A stretch of 64,000 nt of DNA from Dehalococcoidia bacterium (GTDB lineage: Bacteria > Chloroflexota > Dehalococcoidia > Lucifugimonadales > CAZENU01): assembly GCA_965222125.1 (NCBI GenBank), contig CBDCTC010000004.1:130299-194298 (forward strand). Reading direction: 5' to 3'. Both the position numbers and the translations under genes were made by a program. Under the pieces are notes generated by a model. The model was not told the DNA's origin, made no database searches, and saw only the letters and a list, made by a program, of their open reading frames with translations. This document shows positions 26,175 through 34,329 of the stretch, one piece after another (the stretch's first letter is position 1; the number at the start of each line of letters is the position of its first letter).

Positions 26175-26879
26175 TCAGCTCCTTGGTGTCGACGCCGCGC
26201 GGGCCTTCTGGGCGCGCTGGACCTGAGAACCCCGCATGTACAGCGGCTCCAGCACCTCGGGCGAGTCGACTTCTCCTCTGGTGAATCTTCTGTAGGCCAA
26301 TTCCGCGATGGCGGCCGGGCTTCTGGTCGGCGGCGGCGCTCCGACGGCTCGCGTGCGCAGATGGCCCTGTTCCGCCAACGCGCCGGCCACGGCGGCAGCG
26401 CTCTCGCCGCACACCAACGTCCCATCCTCGATCACGGTCGACAGCTCGTCCCAAGCGACGACGCGGTACCCCGTTTCGCCGGCGCCGTCAGGCGTCTCCT
26501 GATCGTACACCCCGACGTACAGCGCGCGGCGCCCCGCCTCTATCGCGGCGCAGACGGGGCGGCCGGACTCCAGGTAGGGCAGCGCTTCAGCGTCCAACGT
26601 ACCAACACCCACCAGGGGAGCGCCGGTCGCCATTGCCAACGACTTGGCGAAGCTGATCCCTACGCGCAGCGCGCTGAACCCTCCCGGGCCGCGGGCCACG
26701 AACACGGCGTCGAGATCGTCCATCGCGGCGTCGGCCCGATCCATGACCAGCCTGAGCGCGTCTACCAGCTCAACCGAGTGATTGCGGGCCGACCTCCACG
26801 ATAGCTGGGTGGTTATGGCGCCGTCCCTCGAGACCGCCACGGAGGCGTACCTAGTCGACGTGTCGATACAGAGCTCCAC
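26175..26879 (-). CDS. tsaB: tRNA t6A biosynthesis protein TsaB
   Basis: 234 aa. Motifs: MELCIDTST...ARGPGGFSALRVGISFAKSLA. It lies adjacent to tsaE. Confidence 0.8.
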   Translation of the reverse strand: MELCIDTSTRYASVAVSRDGAITTQLSWRSARNHSVELVDALRLVMDRADAAMDDLDAVFVARGPGGFSALRVGISFAKSLAMATGAPLVGVGTLDAEALPYLESGRPVCAAIEAGRRALYVGVYDQETPDGAGETGYRVVAWDELSTVIEDGTLVCGESAAAVAGALAEQGHLRTRAVGAPPPTRSPAAIAELAYRRFTRGEVDSPEVLEPLYMRGSQVQRAQKARAASTPRS

Positions 26880-26881
26880 GC

Positions 26882-27367
26882 CTATCCTCCGGGCGCCGCA
26901 GCCGCTACCGCGTCCATGACGGCGCCGTATCTCGCATCGTTGGTCGACAGTGTGAGCCTGCGATCGTCCTCACCCAGCCGCTCGAAGCGGACCTCGAGAC
27001 GCGGGACTCCTTCGAGGTAGCGCAACGCTCTGTCCGCCCACTCGACCGCGCACGCCCCGTCACCGAAGAGATACTCGTCCAGGCCGAGATCGACGACCTC
27101 GGTCTCCGAGTCGAGCCGGTAGAGGTCTATGTGGTAGAGCGGTATGCGGGCAGCGTACTCGGACATCAGGACGAATGTCGGACTTCGCGCGAACTCGTCG
27201 CCGCCAAGGCCCCACAGTATCCCCTGGGTCAGGCACGTCTTTCCGGCGCCGAGCTCGCCGAAGAGGAGGTACACGTGCCCCGGCTCGGCGTGCGAACCGA
27301 GAGCGCGCCCGACATCCTGGGTCTCCCCGGCGGTATGGGTGACGACCTCGACGTGGCTGTCGTGCAA
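26882..27367 (-). CDS. tsaE: tRNA t6A biosynthesis ATPase TsaE
   Basis: 161 aa. It has the Walker A motif GELGAGKTCLTQGI and ...YHIDLYRL. Confidence 0.8.
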   Translation of the reverse strand: MHDSHVEVVTHTAGETQDVGRALGSHAEPGHVYLLFGELGAGKTCLTQGILWGLGGDEFARSPTFVLMSEYAARIPLYHIDLYRLDSETEVVDLGLDEYLFGDGACAVEWADRALRYLEGVPRLEVRFERLGEDDRRLTLSTNDARYGAVMDAVAAAAPGG

Positions 27368-27483
27368 ATTCGTTAAGACCGGCTCCGGAGCGCCGCGTCT
27401 GGAGGGTCGGGAATGCGTGGCGCCGAATGGCTCGTGTATTATAGTCAGATAGGATACGCAGCCTCAAGGCCGGGAAGAAGGGG

Positions 27484-27647
27484 GTAACTGTTCAGACTCG
27501 GTGAGGGGAATACTCCGCCCCTGGATACCCGCCTTCGCGGGTATGACGGAGGGGACGTTGCGCGCGCCCTTCGATACGCGCCGGTCAAGGCACCGGCGCT
27601 ACTCAGGGTGAGCGGGTTGGGTGGGCCACTCAAGTCTGAACAGTTAC
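27484..27647. mobile_element. MITE (164 bp) with perfect 15-bp TIRs and an 8-bp target-site duplication
   Basis: TIRs are GTAACTGTTCAGACT (27484-27498) and AGTCTGAACAGTTAC (27633-27647). The direct repeat AGAAGGGG lies at 27476-27483 and 27648-27655. The interior has no ORF and carries a REP-like palindrome (27523-27552). Confidence 0.85.
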
Positions 27648-27660
27648 AGAAGGGGCCGGA

Positions 27661-28392
27661 TTGCGCGCGCTGATCGTCTCCGACATACACTCGAATCTGG
27701 AGGCGTTCCAAGCCGTGCTCGGCGACGCCGAGAACAGAGGCGGATTCGACCAGATCTGGTCACTCGGTGACCTCGTCGGCTACGGCCCCGACCCGGGGCC
27801 GTGTGTCGACCTCATCCGCCAGCACGACGGCGTCGCCGTGGCCGGCAACCACGACCTCGCAGCGGTAGGGAAGCTGGGCACCGAGGCGTTCAACGACTAC
27901 GCGGCGGCCGCCGTCCACTGGACCGCCGCGCAGCTCGGCGAGGAGCAGAAGAGCTACCTGCGCCAGCTGCCCCTCAAGACCGAGGTAGACAACTTCACTC
28001 TGGCCCACGGCAGTCCGCGAAACCCTGTCTGGGAGTACGTGGTCACGCCGCGGTCGGCGGCGGCCAACTTCCGGTATTTCCGGACCGAGCGGTGCCTCGT
28101 CGGGCACTCGCACATCCCGTTCATCTGCCGACCAAGGGAAGACACCGCTGTGTTCGGCCCGTTTCCGTTGGACGAGGCCGTGGCGCTGGGCCCGGGACGA
28201 GTGATCGTCAACCCCGGAGGGCTGGGACAGCCGCGCGATGGAGACCCGCGGGCGACATACGCGGTCTACGACGCGGACGCCGGTGCCGTCTACCACCACA
28301 GGGTCGAGTACGACATCCCGAAGACCCAGGAAAAGATCGTCGAGCGCGGGCTGCCGATGTTCCTGGCGCTCCGGCTCGCTAGCGGCAGGTAG
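27661..28392 (+). CDS. Metallophosphoesterase (calcineurin-like, YfcE/MJ0936-type)
   Basis: 243 aa with a TTG start. Motifs: MRALIVSDIHSN, ...LGDLVGYGP..., ...GNHD..., ...GHSH.... Confidence 0.8.
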   Translation: MRALIVSDIHSNLEAFQAVLGDAENRGGFDQIWSLGDLVGYGPDPGPCVDLIRQHDGVAVAGNHDLAAVGKLGTEAFNDYAAAAVHWTAAQLGEEQKSYLRQLPLKTEVDNFTLAHGSPRNPVWEYVVTPRSAAANFRYFRTERCLVGHSHIPFICRPREDTAVFGPFPLDEAVALGPGRVIVNPGGLGQPRDGDPRATYAVYDADAGAVYHHRVEYDIPKTQEKIVERGLPMFLALRLASGR

Positions 28393-28422
28393 GCCGCCCG
28401 CCGCGAGGCGGGTCAGGCGGGC

Positions 28423-29187
28423 CTACTCGTCGTCATGGTAGTAGTCGTCGTCATCCTCAATCGACGCGCCAGGTACCAGGGCATCGCTGCGTCGGCGGCG
28501 AGACGGCCGCTTCCGCAACGAGCGTATCGCCGCGGCGGTCTTCTCGGCTCGCGCTGCGGGCGGCACGTCCACGATCAGCCCTTCCACGCCGAGGTTCCGC
28601 ACGGTTTCCACGTCGGCCTTTTCGAGACCTTCGGGCGCCTCTACGACGAACGGTTGCCCCGCAAGGCGTCTGACTCTCTGTACCGCGACAAGGTCGCTCA
28701 GGGCCAGCCGTCCCTTCCCGACGCCGGGGCGGAACAGCACCGCGCCGAACGGCAGGTCCGCGACGACGCGCCCGACCTCTTCGTCAACGTCGGCGTCGAG
28801 GGTGACGATCTTTCCCAGATCGTCGTCGTTGAGCACGGCGGCCTCGGTGTCCATAGACTCGAAGACGACGAAGTCGCAGCCCTGCTCAACCAGCGCCTCC
28901 ACCTGCTCGACGGTGTAAGCCGACGGTGAAGGAGTAAGCCTGACGCCCCAAAGCCGGTCCTTCAGCGCCTCGGCGGCGGCGTCGGGCAGAGGGTACTCTG
29001 TCTCGACCAGCAGCGCCGCGGCATCGGCTGCAGCGACTTCCGGGCCATCCGTCAGGTCGCCGGCTAGAACCCGAGCGGCCAACACTATCTGCGGCGCCGC
29101 GGCGGCACGGCCCGTCGCGGCGGCGAATCCCAGCGGGGCGGGCGCCGTCTCTCCGACCCTCTCCAAAAGCTCAATGAATCTGCTCAT
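28423..29187 (-). CDS. Hypothetical protein with a basic-then-acidic C-terminal tail
   Basis: 254-aa ORF with coding-like composition. No motif recognised. The tail reads ...RKRPSRRRRSD...IEDDDDYYHDDE. Confidence 0.5.
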   Translation of the reverse strand: MSRFIELLERVGETAPAPLGFAAATGRAAAAPQIVLAARVLAGDLTDGPEVAAADAAALLVETEYPLPDAAAEALKDRLWGVRLTPSPSAYTVEQVEALVEQGCDFVVFESMDTEAAVLNDDDLGKIVTLDADVDEEVGRVVADLPFGAVLFRPGVGKGRLALSDLVAVQRVRRLAGQPFVVEAPEGLEKADVETVRNLGVEGLIVDVPPAARAEKTAAAIRSLRKRPSRRRRSDALVPGASIEDDDDYYHDDE

Positions 29188-29313
29188 CTTGACCTCGTGC
29201 GTAGTTTGGCACCGTGTAGGAGCCGGAGCGATTCTAATGAATCGCGGCCTCCGCCATCAACGGGGACGCATCTGCTACCATTCGCGAATCGCCGGGAGGA
29301 TGCCGCAGACGGG

Positions 29314-29997
29314 ATGAGACTGAGAGAGCACGAAGACGGCGCACTGCGCTACGTGACAGTCGAGCCGGACGATTATGTGGACGGCGCGTCGTACCCTCTC
29401 GTCGTGCTGCTGCACGGGTACGGGGCTCACATGGGCGACCTCGCGTCCATAGCCCCTGAAATCGATTCGGACGGGTACGTCTACGCCTTCCCCAACGCGC
29501 CCCATCCTCTCGAAACCGGGTTGGGCCCGGTCGGCTTCGCCTGGGCCTTCTTTCCGCCCACCGAAGACGACGACGCGGCCTTCGAGTCCGAGAGCCTGCT
29601 CACAGACTTCATCGACGACGTGGAGGACCGGCTGCAGGTGCCCGACGGGCGGATTGTGCTGGGCGGCTTTTCGCAGGGAGGCATGATGACGCTTCGCGTC
29701 GGCCTCAGATCGCCGGACCGCTTCCGCGGCCTGGCGGTCCTGAGCGGCAGACTGATGGACGACGACACTTTGGACGACCTGTCGGAGCGTCCCACGCAGT
29801 CCATCTTCCTCGCCCACGGCGCCGACGACGATATCATCGCGGTGGCGGAGGGCCGCCGAACGCGCGATTCTCTTCGGCAGCGCGGGTACGCGCCCGAATA
29901 CCACGAGTACGCGATGGCGCACGAGATCAGCCCGCACGAGATCTCCGACTTGACCCGGTGGCTGCACGCCGTGCTGCCGCCCGGCGGAAGCCTCTAG
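29314..29997 (+). CDS. Alpha/beta hydrolase (phospholipase/carboxylesterase family)
   Basis: Trimmed to ATG 29314. Motifs: ...PLVVLLHGYGA..., the nucleophile elbow GGFSQGG, and ...LAHGADDDII.... Confidence 0.75.
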   Translation: MRLREHEDGALRYVTVEPDDYVDGASYPLVVLLHGYGAHMGDLASIAPEIDSDGYVYAFPNAPHPLETGLGPVGFAWAFFPPTEDDDAAFESESLLTDFIDDVEDRLQVPDGRIVLGGFSQGGMMTLRVGLRSPDRFRGLAVLSGRLMDDDTLDDLSERPTQSIFLAHGADDDIIAVAEGRRTRDSLRQRGYAPEYHEYAMAHEISPHEISDLTRWLHAVLPPGGSL

Positions 29998-30677
29998 TCG
30001 GCTTCGTCCCGGCCCTCGGATTCGGCCGAAGTCTCCGGTTCTTCCTCGGTCGCGGTCGCCGGCGCCGGGGCGCGCATCCAGTCTTCGATCCAGCGCTTCA
30101 GCCGGTCGAGCGCCGGCGGTGCCACGTAGAAGATCCGGATGTCAGACGGGAACTGGATCCCGTGTTCTTCACGTATGAACAGCACGCCGGCTTCGCCTTC
30201 GCCGATCGCCTCGTCCACCCGCGCCGCGATATGCTCGTAGCGGCGGCTCGTGGCCTCCCGGAAGCCGTCGATGGCCGTCGAGCGGACCACGCTGCTCATC
30301 AGGCCTATGGAGAGACAGCGCTGCCAATCGGCACTCTGCTCCAACGCGTCGAGGTCCTCCGTGGGCTCCAGGCGAGCGTCCGAGTGGCACATCGCCTGAA
30401 TGAAGGAGCTGCCCTGGGGGTTGCCCTGCTGCAGCAGGGCAACCCCCTCTTCGCCGCCCACGTGCAGCGCCTCGTGAAAGACGTGCGTGATCTTTCCGAG
30501 GGACCGCTCCAGGCCCTCTATCTGGTCGCGCACCTCCGACCAGAACCGCTCCAGAAGCTCTCGCCCGCCTTCCGGCGGCTGCGGCGGCATGGGGACGTTC
30601 GGCACTAGAAACAGCTTGCGGCCCTCTTTGAACTGCCCGGCCTCGGGCTTCGGGATCCGGGTTATGGGGGTGGTCAT
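29994..30677 (-). CDS. Hypothetical protein
   Basis: 227-aa ORF whose end overlaps the end of the convergent hydrolase gene by 4 nt. The C-terminus is acidic. No recognised motif. Confidence 0.5.
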   Translation of the reverse strand: MTTPITRIPKPEAGQFKEGRKLFLVPNVPMPPQPPEGGRELLERFWSEVRDQIEGLERSLGKITHVFHEALHVGGEEGVALLQQGNPQGSSFIQAMCHSDARLEPTEDLDALEQSADWQRCLSIGLMSSVVRSTAIDGFREATSRRYEHIAARVDEAIGEGEAGVLFIREEHGIQFPSDIRIFYVAPPALDRLKRWIEDWMRAPAPATATEEEPETSAESEGRDEAD

Positions 30678-30846
30678 CCTTCGTACCGTCTCCTGCGGAG
30701 TCGCTGGCGTGCGGGGGCGTCGAAAACCTCTCCGCCTAGGATATCAGGAAGCCGCCGCGGGCTGCGGGTGCGCCGCCCGAGAACGGCGCGGGTCGAGCGG
30801 GGAGTGATGACTCCCGCGGCAATGGCGCCAAGGGGGCGTCCGCCGG

Positions 30847-33564
30847 CTATCGCCGTCTACGGCGCGGCGCGCCGGGCTTCTCCAGCCGTACCGCGCAGAC
30901 CTTGTACTCCGGTATCTTGGAGTTCGGGTCGAAGGCCGAGTTGGTCAGGAAATTGGCGGCATGCTCCTGCAGCTTGACGAAGGGCACGAAAACCTCTCCG
31001 GCGCGCATCTTCTCGGTGTAGGTCGCCCGGCCTTCCAGCTCGCCGCGCCTCGAGAGCACCCGCACCCATTCGCCGTCGGCGACGCCGTAGCGCTCGCCGT
31101 CCTCGGCGCTGATGGAGACCTCCAGCTCGGGAAACCTGGCTAGCAGATTGTCGGCCCGCTGCGTGATCGTCCCGCCGTGCCAGTGGTAGAGGACTCGCCC
31201 CGTGTTGAGGATCAGCGGAAAGCGCTTGCTGGGAAGCTCTGCCGCCTGCGGCCCCTGTTCGAACGGTACGAATCTCGCCCTGGGCCCTCGGGGGAAGTCG
31301 CTCTCGTACAGCAGCCGCGTACCGGGATGGTCCGGCGTGGGGCAGGGCCACTGCAGACCGCCCTCGTCGTCGAGCCGCCCGTAGGAGATCCCGGCCAGAC
31401 TCGGCGTGAGCCGCGCCATCTCGTCCCATATCTGCGACGGATGATCGTAGCTGAACTCGCTCTCCACGTCGAGCCCCAGCCGCCCGCTGATGCGCCGGGC
31501 CAGATCGCACACGATTTCCCAGTCGGGGCGGCTCTGGCCCACCGGCTCAATGACTTTGCGGACGCGCTGCACCCTGCGCTCGCTGTTGGTGAAGGTGCCG
31601 TCCTTTTCGGCGAACGTCGTCGCGGGGAGCACGACGTCGGCGACCTGCGCGGTCTCGTGCATGAAGATGTCCTGCACGACGAGGAACTCCAGGTTGTTGA
31701 AGGCCTTCTCGGCATGGTGGAGGTCCGGCTCGCTCAGCAGCGGGTTCTCTCCCGTGATGTACATGGCCTTGATGCGGCCGTCCAGAGCCGCTTCGACCAT
31801 GTCGGTCACCACCATGCCGGCCTCCGAGGGGAGGGGATTGTTCCCCCAAGCGTCCCCGAACTTGCGCACCGACTCCGGGCCTATTCGCTGATAGCCGGTG
31901 AAGAAGTCGGGAATGCATCCGGCGTCGCCGCAGCCCTGGACGTTGTTCTGGCCCCTGAGCGGCGAGACGCCGCTGCCCGGCTTGCCGATCTGTCCCGCCG
32001 CGAGCGCGAGGTTGAGGAGCCCGTGCACGTTCGCGGTGCCGTTGGTGTGCTGCGTTATTCCCATGCCCCAGATCAGGCATGATCCGCCAAACGGCGGCCT
32101 GGCGTACATGCGCGCGGCGTCGGCGATATCGGCCGCCGGGACGCCGGTGATCTTCTCGGCGTACTCCAGATCGTACTTTTCGACGACCGCCAGCCACTCC
32201 TCGAACCCCTCGGTCCGCTCCTCGACGAACCGAGTGTCGACCAGGTTCTCGTCCAGGATGACCTTGGCCATCGCGTTCAGCAGGGCCACGTCGGTCCCCG
32301 GGCGCTCTCGGATCCACAGGTCGGCGTAGTCGCACATGCCGATGCGCCGGGGGTTGATCACGATCAGCTTCGCGCCGCGCTCGACGACGGCGCGCCTCAT
32401 GCGGGCGGCCGCCACGGGATGGTTCGAGTCGGCGTCCGAGCCTATGATGACGAGGCAGCCCGCCTCCTCGTAGTCGACGTACGAGTTGCTGGTGGCGCCG
32501 CTGCCCAGCGCCGAGAGCATCGCCTCGACCGACGGAGAGTGGCACAGGCGCGTGCAGTGGTCTATGTGGTTGGACTGCATCACGAGGCGGGCGAGCTTCT
32601 GCTGCACGTACCCGTCTTCGTTGGTTGCCTTCGCCGAGCACAGCGTGGCGAAGGCGTCACCCCGGTACTGGATCAGGCGGTCGGCGACGAGGTCCAGCGC
32701 CTCGTCCCACGTCGCGGTCCTGAAGGCGCCGTCCTCCTTGATCAGCGGCTCGGTCAGCCGGTCCTCGTGGTGGACGAACGTGTAGCCGAAGCGGCCCTTG
32801 ACGCACAGCATCCCCATGCTGGAGCGGTTGTCCGGGTCGTCCAGCATCTGGATGATGCGGTCGCGCTCGTCCACCTCGGCCCTGATGCCGCAGCCCACGC
32901 CGCAGTAGGGGCAGGTGGTGGTCACGGTCTTCGTCTTGCTCGCCGCCGGGACCTTCAGCTCTATCGCGCCCGTGGGGCAGACCGACAGACATTGGCCGCA
33001 GGTGGTGCAGATCGACTCGATCAGCGGAGCGTCCATGAAGGTGCCGATGCGGCTGCCCAGACCGGCGCCGAGGAAGTCGATCGCGCCGATGAACTGCGCT
33101 CCGTCCTGGCACCCCTGGGCGCACCGTCCGCAGAGGATGCAGTCCCGCATGGCGATGTCGAAGACGGGGCTGCTGGTATCCGTAGGCTCGCGCTGTCGAC
33201 CGTCCCACCGTGCCCGGTCGAGGCCGTGATGTTTGGCGGCAACCGTGAGCTCACGGTAGTCCTTCGAGCCGTTGCCGTTGACCATGGCCATCGTCAACTC
33301 GATCACGCCTCTTCGCACGCGCTCAACGTCCGGCGCGTCGGTGCGCACGCTCATGCCGGGCGCCGCGGGCATCGTGCATGAGGCCGGGAACCCGCGGGCG
33401 CCCTCCACCTCCACAAGGCAGGTCCGGCACGCCGCGTTGGGCCCCATGTCGGGGTCCTTGCAGAGCTGCGGGACGTACGCGCCGGAGGCGTTCACCGCGT
33501 CCAGCACGGACGAGCCTTCGGGTACCTCTATGTCGTGGCCGTTGACGTGCAGTGTTATAGCCAC
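30847..33564 (-). CDS. fdsA: NAD-linked formate dehydrogenase alpha subunit (molybdopterin; NuoG-like N-terminal Fe-S domains); cysteine type
   Basis: 905 aa with a GTG start and AGGAGG upstream. The N-terminal 2Fe-2S/4Fe-4S cysteine clusters are followed by a molybdopterin oxidoreductase domain. The active-site region is HCTRLCHSPSV (Cys, with no in-frame TGA). Confidence 0.9.
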   Translation of the reverse strand: MAITLHVNGHDIEVPEGSSVLDAVNASGAYVPQLCKDPDMGPNAACRTCLVEVEGARGFPASCTMPAAPGMSVRTDAPDVERVRRGVIELTMAMVNGNGSKDYRELTVAAKHHGLDRARWDGRQREPTDTSSPVFDIAMRDCILCGRCAQGCQDGAQFIGAIDFLGAGLGSRIGTFMDAPLIESICTTCGQCLSVCPTGAIELKVPAASKTKTVTTTCPYCGVGCGIRAEVDERDRIIQMLDDPDNRSSMGMLCVKGRFGYTFVHHEDRLTEPLIKEDGAFRTATWDEALDLVADRLIQYRGDAFATLCSAKATNEDGYVQQKLARLVMQSNHIDHCTRLCHSPSVEAMLSALGSGATSNSYVDYEEAGCLVIIGSDADSNHPVAAARMRRAVVERGAKLIVINPRRIGMCDYADLWIRERPGTDVALLNAMAKVILDENLVDTRFVEERTEGFEEWLAVVEKYDLEYAEKITGVPAADIADAARMYARPPFGGSCLIWGMGITQHTNGTANVHGLLNLALAAGQIGKPGSGVSPLRGQNNVQGCGDAGCIPDFFTGYQRIGPESVRKFGDAWGNNPLPSEAGMVVTDMVEAALDGRIKAMYITGENPLLSEPDLHHAEKAFNNLEFLVVQDIFMHETAQVADVVLPATTFAEKDGTFTNSERRVQRVRKVIEPVGQSRPDWEIVCDLARRISGRLGLDVESEFSYDHPSQIWDEMARLTPSLAGISYGRLDDEGGLQWPCPTPDHPGTRLLYESDFPRGPRARFVPFEQGPQAAELPSKRFPLILNTGRVLYHWHGGTITQRADNLLARFPELEVSISAEDGERYGVADGEWVRVLSRRGELEGRATYTEKMRAGEVFVPFVKLQEHAANFLTNSAFDPNSKIPEYKVCAVRLEKPGAPRRRRR

Positions 33565-33619
33565 GGCAACCTCCTGCGTTTCGTGCGGGGTTATCGCTTC
33601 CGGAGGGAAGTGGCCCAGC

Positions 33620-33913
33620 TCATAGACGGAATTGCCACCTTCGAGGGTTGCGATGTATGTGCATGCAGGCTATTACTACGATTTGCCCCGAGTTTACCTG
33701 ATAGAACAGCGCGTACGGAAATCGCCGCACTAGAACTCTTCGCGTGCCGCGATGCATTACGGGATGGGCGTGCGGGTGATCGACCGTCCAGTCGATCGCG
33801 CCCTGAAGCGAGTCCAAGAATTCGTCCCCAAGTCCTCGGCGTTGCTTCTCGTACCACTCGAACGCCTCCTCGATGTCTCCCCGCGGCTGAGGGTCGGACT
33901 ACAACCGATTCAT
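33620..33913 (-). pseudogene. parE: ParE/RelE-family toxin gene with an in-frame amber codon at codon 5
   Basis: The ATG at 33913-33911 overlaps the antitoxin stop (ATGA). The gene reads M N R L TAG(33901-33899) S D P Q P R G D I E E A F E W Y E K Q R R G L G D E F L D S L Q G A I D W...FPYALFYQV...VVIACMH, a typical ParE-like sequence. Confidence 0.7.
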
Positions 33914-34131
33914 GCCCGCCTGCCCTTGATCTCGTCAAGTACGTCCCCCCACGGGATCCCTACGGGACCCTCGTGCTCCAACTCGTCTATCCTTCGGTCC
34001 AGCTCTTCCCGTTGGCCGTCTGTAAGAGGAATATGGGTCGACGTTCTGGCGAGACTGTTCCAAACACGTTCAATGAGGGAAAGGCGCTCCTCGACCGACA
34101 GCGTCTCTATGTCGCGTTCACTCAGGGTCAT
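33910..34131 (-). CDS. Addiction-module antitoxin (putative addiction module component family)
   Basis: 73 aa. ...LSVEERLSLIERVWNSL...LTDGQREELDRRIDELE... matches this antitoxin family as I recall it. It is translationally coupled to the parE-like gene. Confidence 0.65.
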   Translation of the reverse strand: MTLSERDIETLSVEERLSLIERVWNSLARTSTHIPLTDGQREELDRRIDELEHEGPVGIPWGDVLDEIKGRRA

Positions 34132-34139
34132 GGTCTCTC

Positions 34140-34298
34140 CTATTCTGCCTGGAGCGCCAAGATCTCTTCCAGCGTTACCCTGAGTGTCTCTCGCAATTCC
34201 TCATAGGTCACTTCCTGGCAGTTCACGCCCGGGACCTCCTCGATCCAACCTATCCACCAGTCTCCGTCGCGCTTTATCACGGCGGTGTACTCGTTCAT
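34140..34298 (-). CDS. HicB-family (UPF0150-type) short antitoxin, orphan
   Basis: This ORF is absent from the track because it is under 60 aa. ATG 34298 has GAGGAGG upstream. The 52-aa product is MNEYTAVIKRDGDWWIGWIEEVPGVNCQEVTYEELRETLRVTLEEILALQAE. No hicA gene is adjacent. Confidence 0.6.
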   Translation of the reverse strand: MNEYTAVIKRDGDWWIGWIEEVPGVNCQEVTYEELRETLRVTLEEILALQAE

Positions 34299-34329
34299 AG
34301 CCGCCTCCTCTGCCATCTGACGCTCCCGG

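Noticed and set aside
30847-33564. Possible selenocysteine (TGA recoding) in the formate dehydrogenase alpha subunit.
   Set aside because: The ORF is uninterrupted. The active-site position is an ordinary Cys codon (…TRLCHSPSV…).
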